From Gemmatimonadota bacterium (GTDB lineage: Bacteria; Gemmatimonadota; Gemmatimonadetes; Gemmatimonadales; GWC2-71-9), in assembly GCA_041477065.1 (NCBI GenBank), contig JBGOUQ010000001.1, positions 77,258-141,257 on the forward strand: DNA of 64,000 bases, in the 5' to 3' direction. The position numbers and the translations under genes are program-made. The number at the start of each line of letters is the position of its first letter. Position 1 is the stretch's first letter. The notes below the pieces were generated by a model. The model was not told the origin of the DNA. It made no database searches and saw nothing but the letters and a program-made list of their open reading frames with translations. Shown piece after piece: positions 63,888 through 64,000 of the stretch.

Positions 63888-64000
63888 GCGCGCGCCGTCG
63901 CCGTCACGTCGTGCTGGTCCTGCACGCGGAGCATCAACGCCGCCGCGAGCACGAGCGATGCGCCACCGATCAGGAGGGCATAGATGGCTTCCCCGCCGAA
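63884..64000 (-). CDS. 3' end of an unidentified membrane protein (runs off window), translationally coupled to the amylase gene
   Basis: The open minus-strand frame from the window edge reads ...FGGEAIYALLIGGASLVLAAALMLRVQDQHDVTATARA*. Its TGA overlaps the amylase ATG (ATGA). Confidence 0.4.
   Translation of the reverse strand, partial: FGGEAIYALLIGGASLVLAAALMLRVQDQHDVTATARA

Overview
The window is very GC-rich bacterial chromosome. The gene content and the '...AQ' signal-peptide ends fit a Gram-negative soil lineage such as Gemmatimonadota or Acidobacteriota, but that is inference only. I call about 70 protein-coding genes. I saw no rRNA, tRNA, CRISPR array, transposase or integrase. Many long track ORFs are GC-driven antisense or N-terminally over-extended artefacts, so I re-derived starts by codon arithmetic and by reading start codon and SD context.

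Main content, in order:
- 0.1-7.0 kb: a cytochrome c gene, three tandem YceI-like paralogues, and a TolB-like / lepB / TonB-receptor operon.
- 7.5-9.5 kb: transketolase.
- 9.5-29.0 kb: a ~19.5 kb stretch carried entirely on the minus strand. It runs from an Mrp-like ATPase, Zn-ribbon protein, ferredoxin, tandem-USP protein and radical-SAM/SPASM enzyme into an orphan CydA-like (cytochrome bd-like) membrane protein. It continues through three c-type cytochromes (one fused to an ethylbenzene-dehydrogenase-type haem-b domain), a cupredoxin, the aa3-type oxidase genes ctaC/D/E/IV and ctaB. It ends with the coproporphyrin-dependent haem genes hemQ (fused to a Rieske domain), hemE, hemH and hemY.
- 29-45 kb: greA, two ECF sigma/anti-sigma modules (one surrounded by CBM48-type domain proteins), metH and nfu.
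- 45-52 kb: assorted redox and envelope genes and a TPR-HD-GYP protein.
- 52-64 kb: an AlgI/AlgJ-like pair, msrB, and a sugar/starch cluster (SSS transporter, PFK, mutarotase, CBM20-esterase, GH13 amylase).

The most unusual signal is the accessory module at 24.0-29.0 kb. Four copies of a PCP_red-type (BchB C-terminal, tetrapyrrole-capping) motif are spread over three proteins next to a NirJ/AhbD-like radical SAM enzyme. The module sits directly upstream of a Q-loop-less, CydB-less CydA homologue that is wired to cytochromes c. I read this as a candidate haem-handling/maturation and electron-transfer system that I cannot map to a described one.

Other notable items:
- a hemQ-Rieske fusion;
- a (GCGGAATG)n hairpin repeat family at three loci;
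- long G/C homopolymer tracts inside genes, including 16 nt at the 5' end of nfu;
- a stranded phage-tail-sheath N-terminus fragment.

All homology statements come from motif reading by eye. No searches were run.
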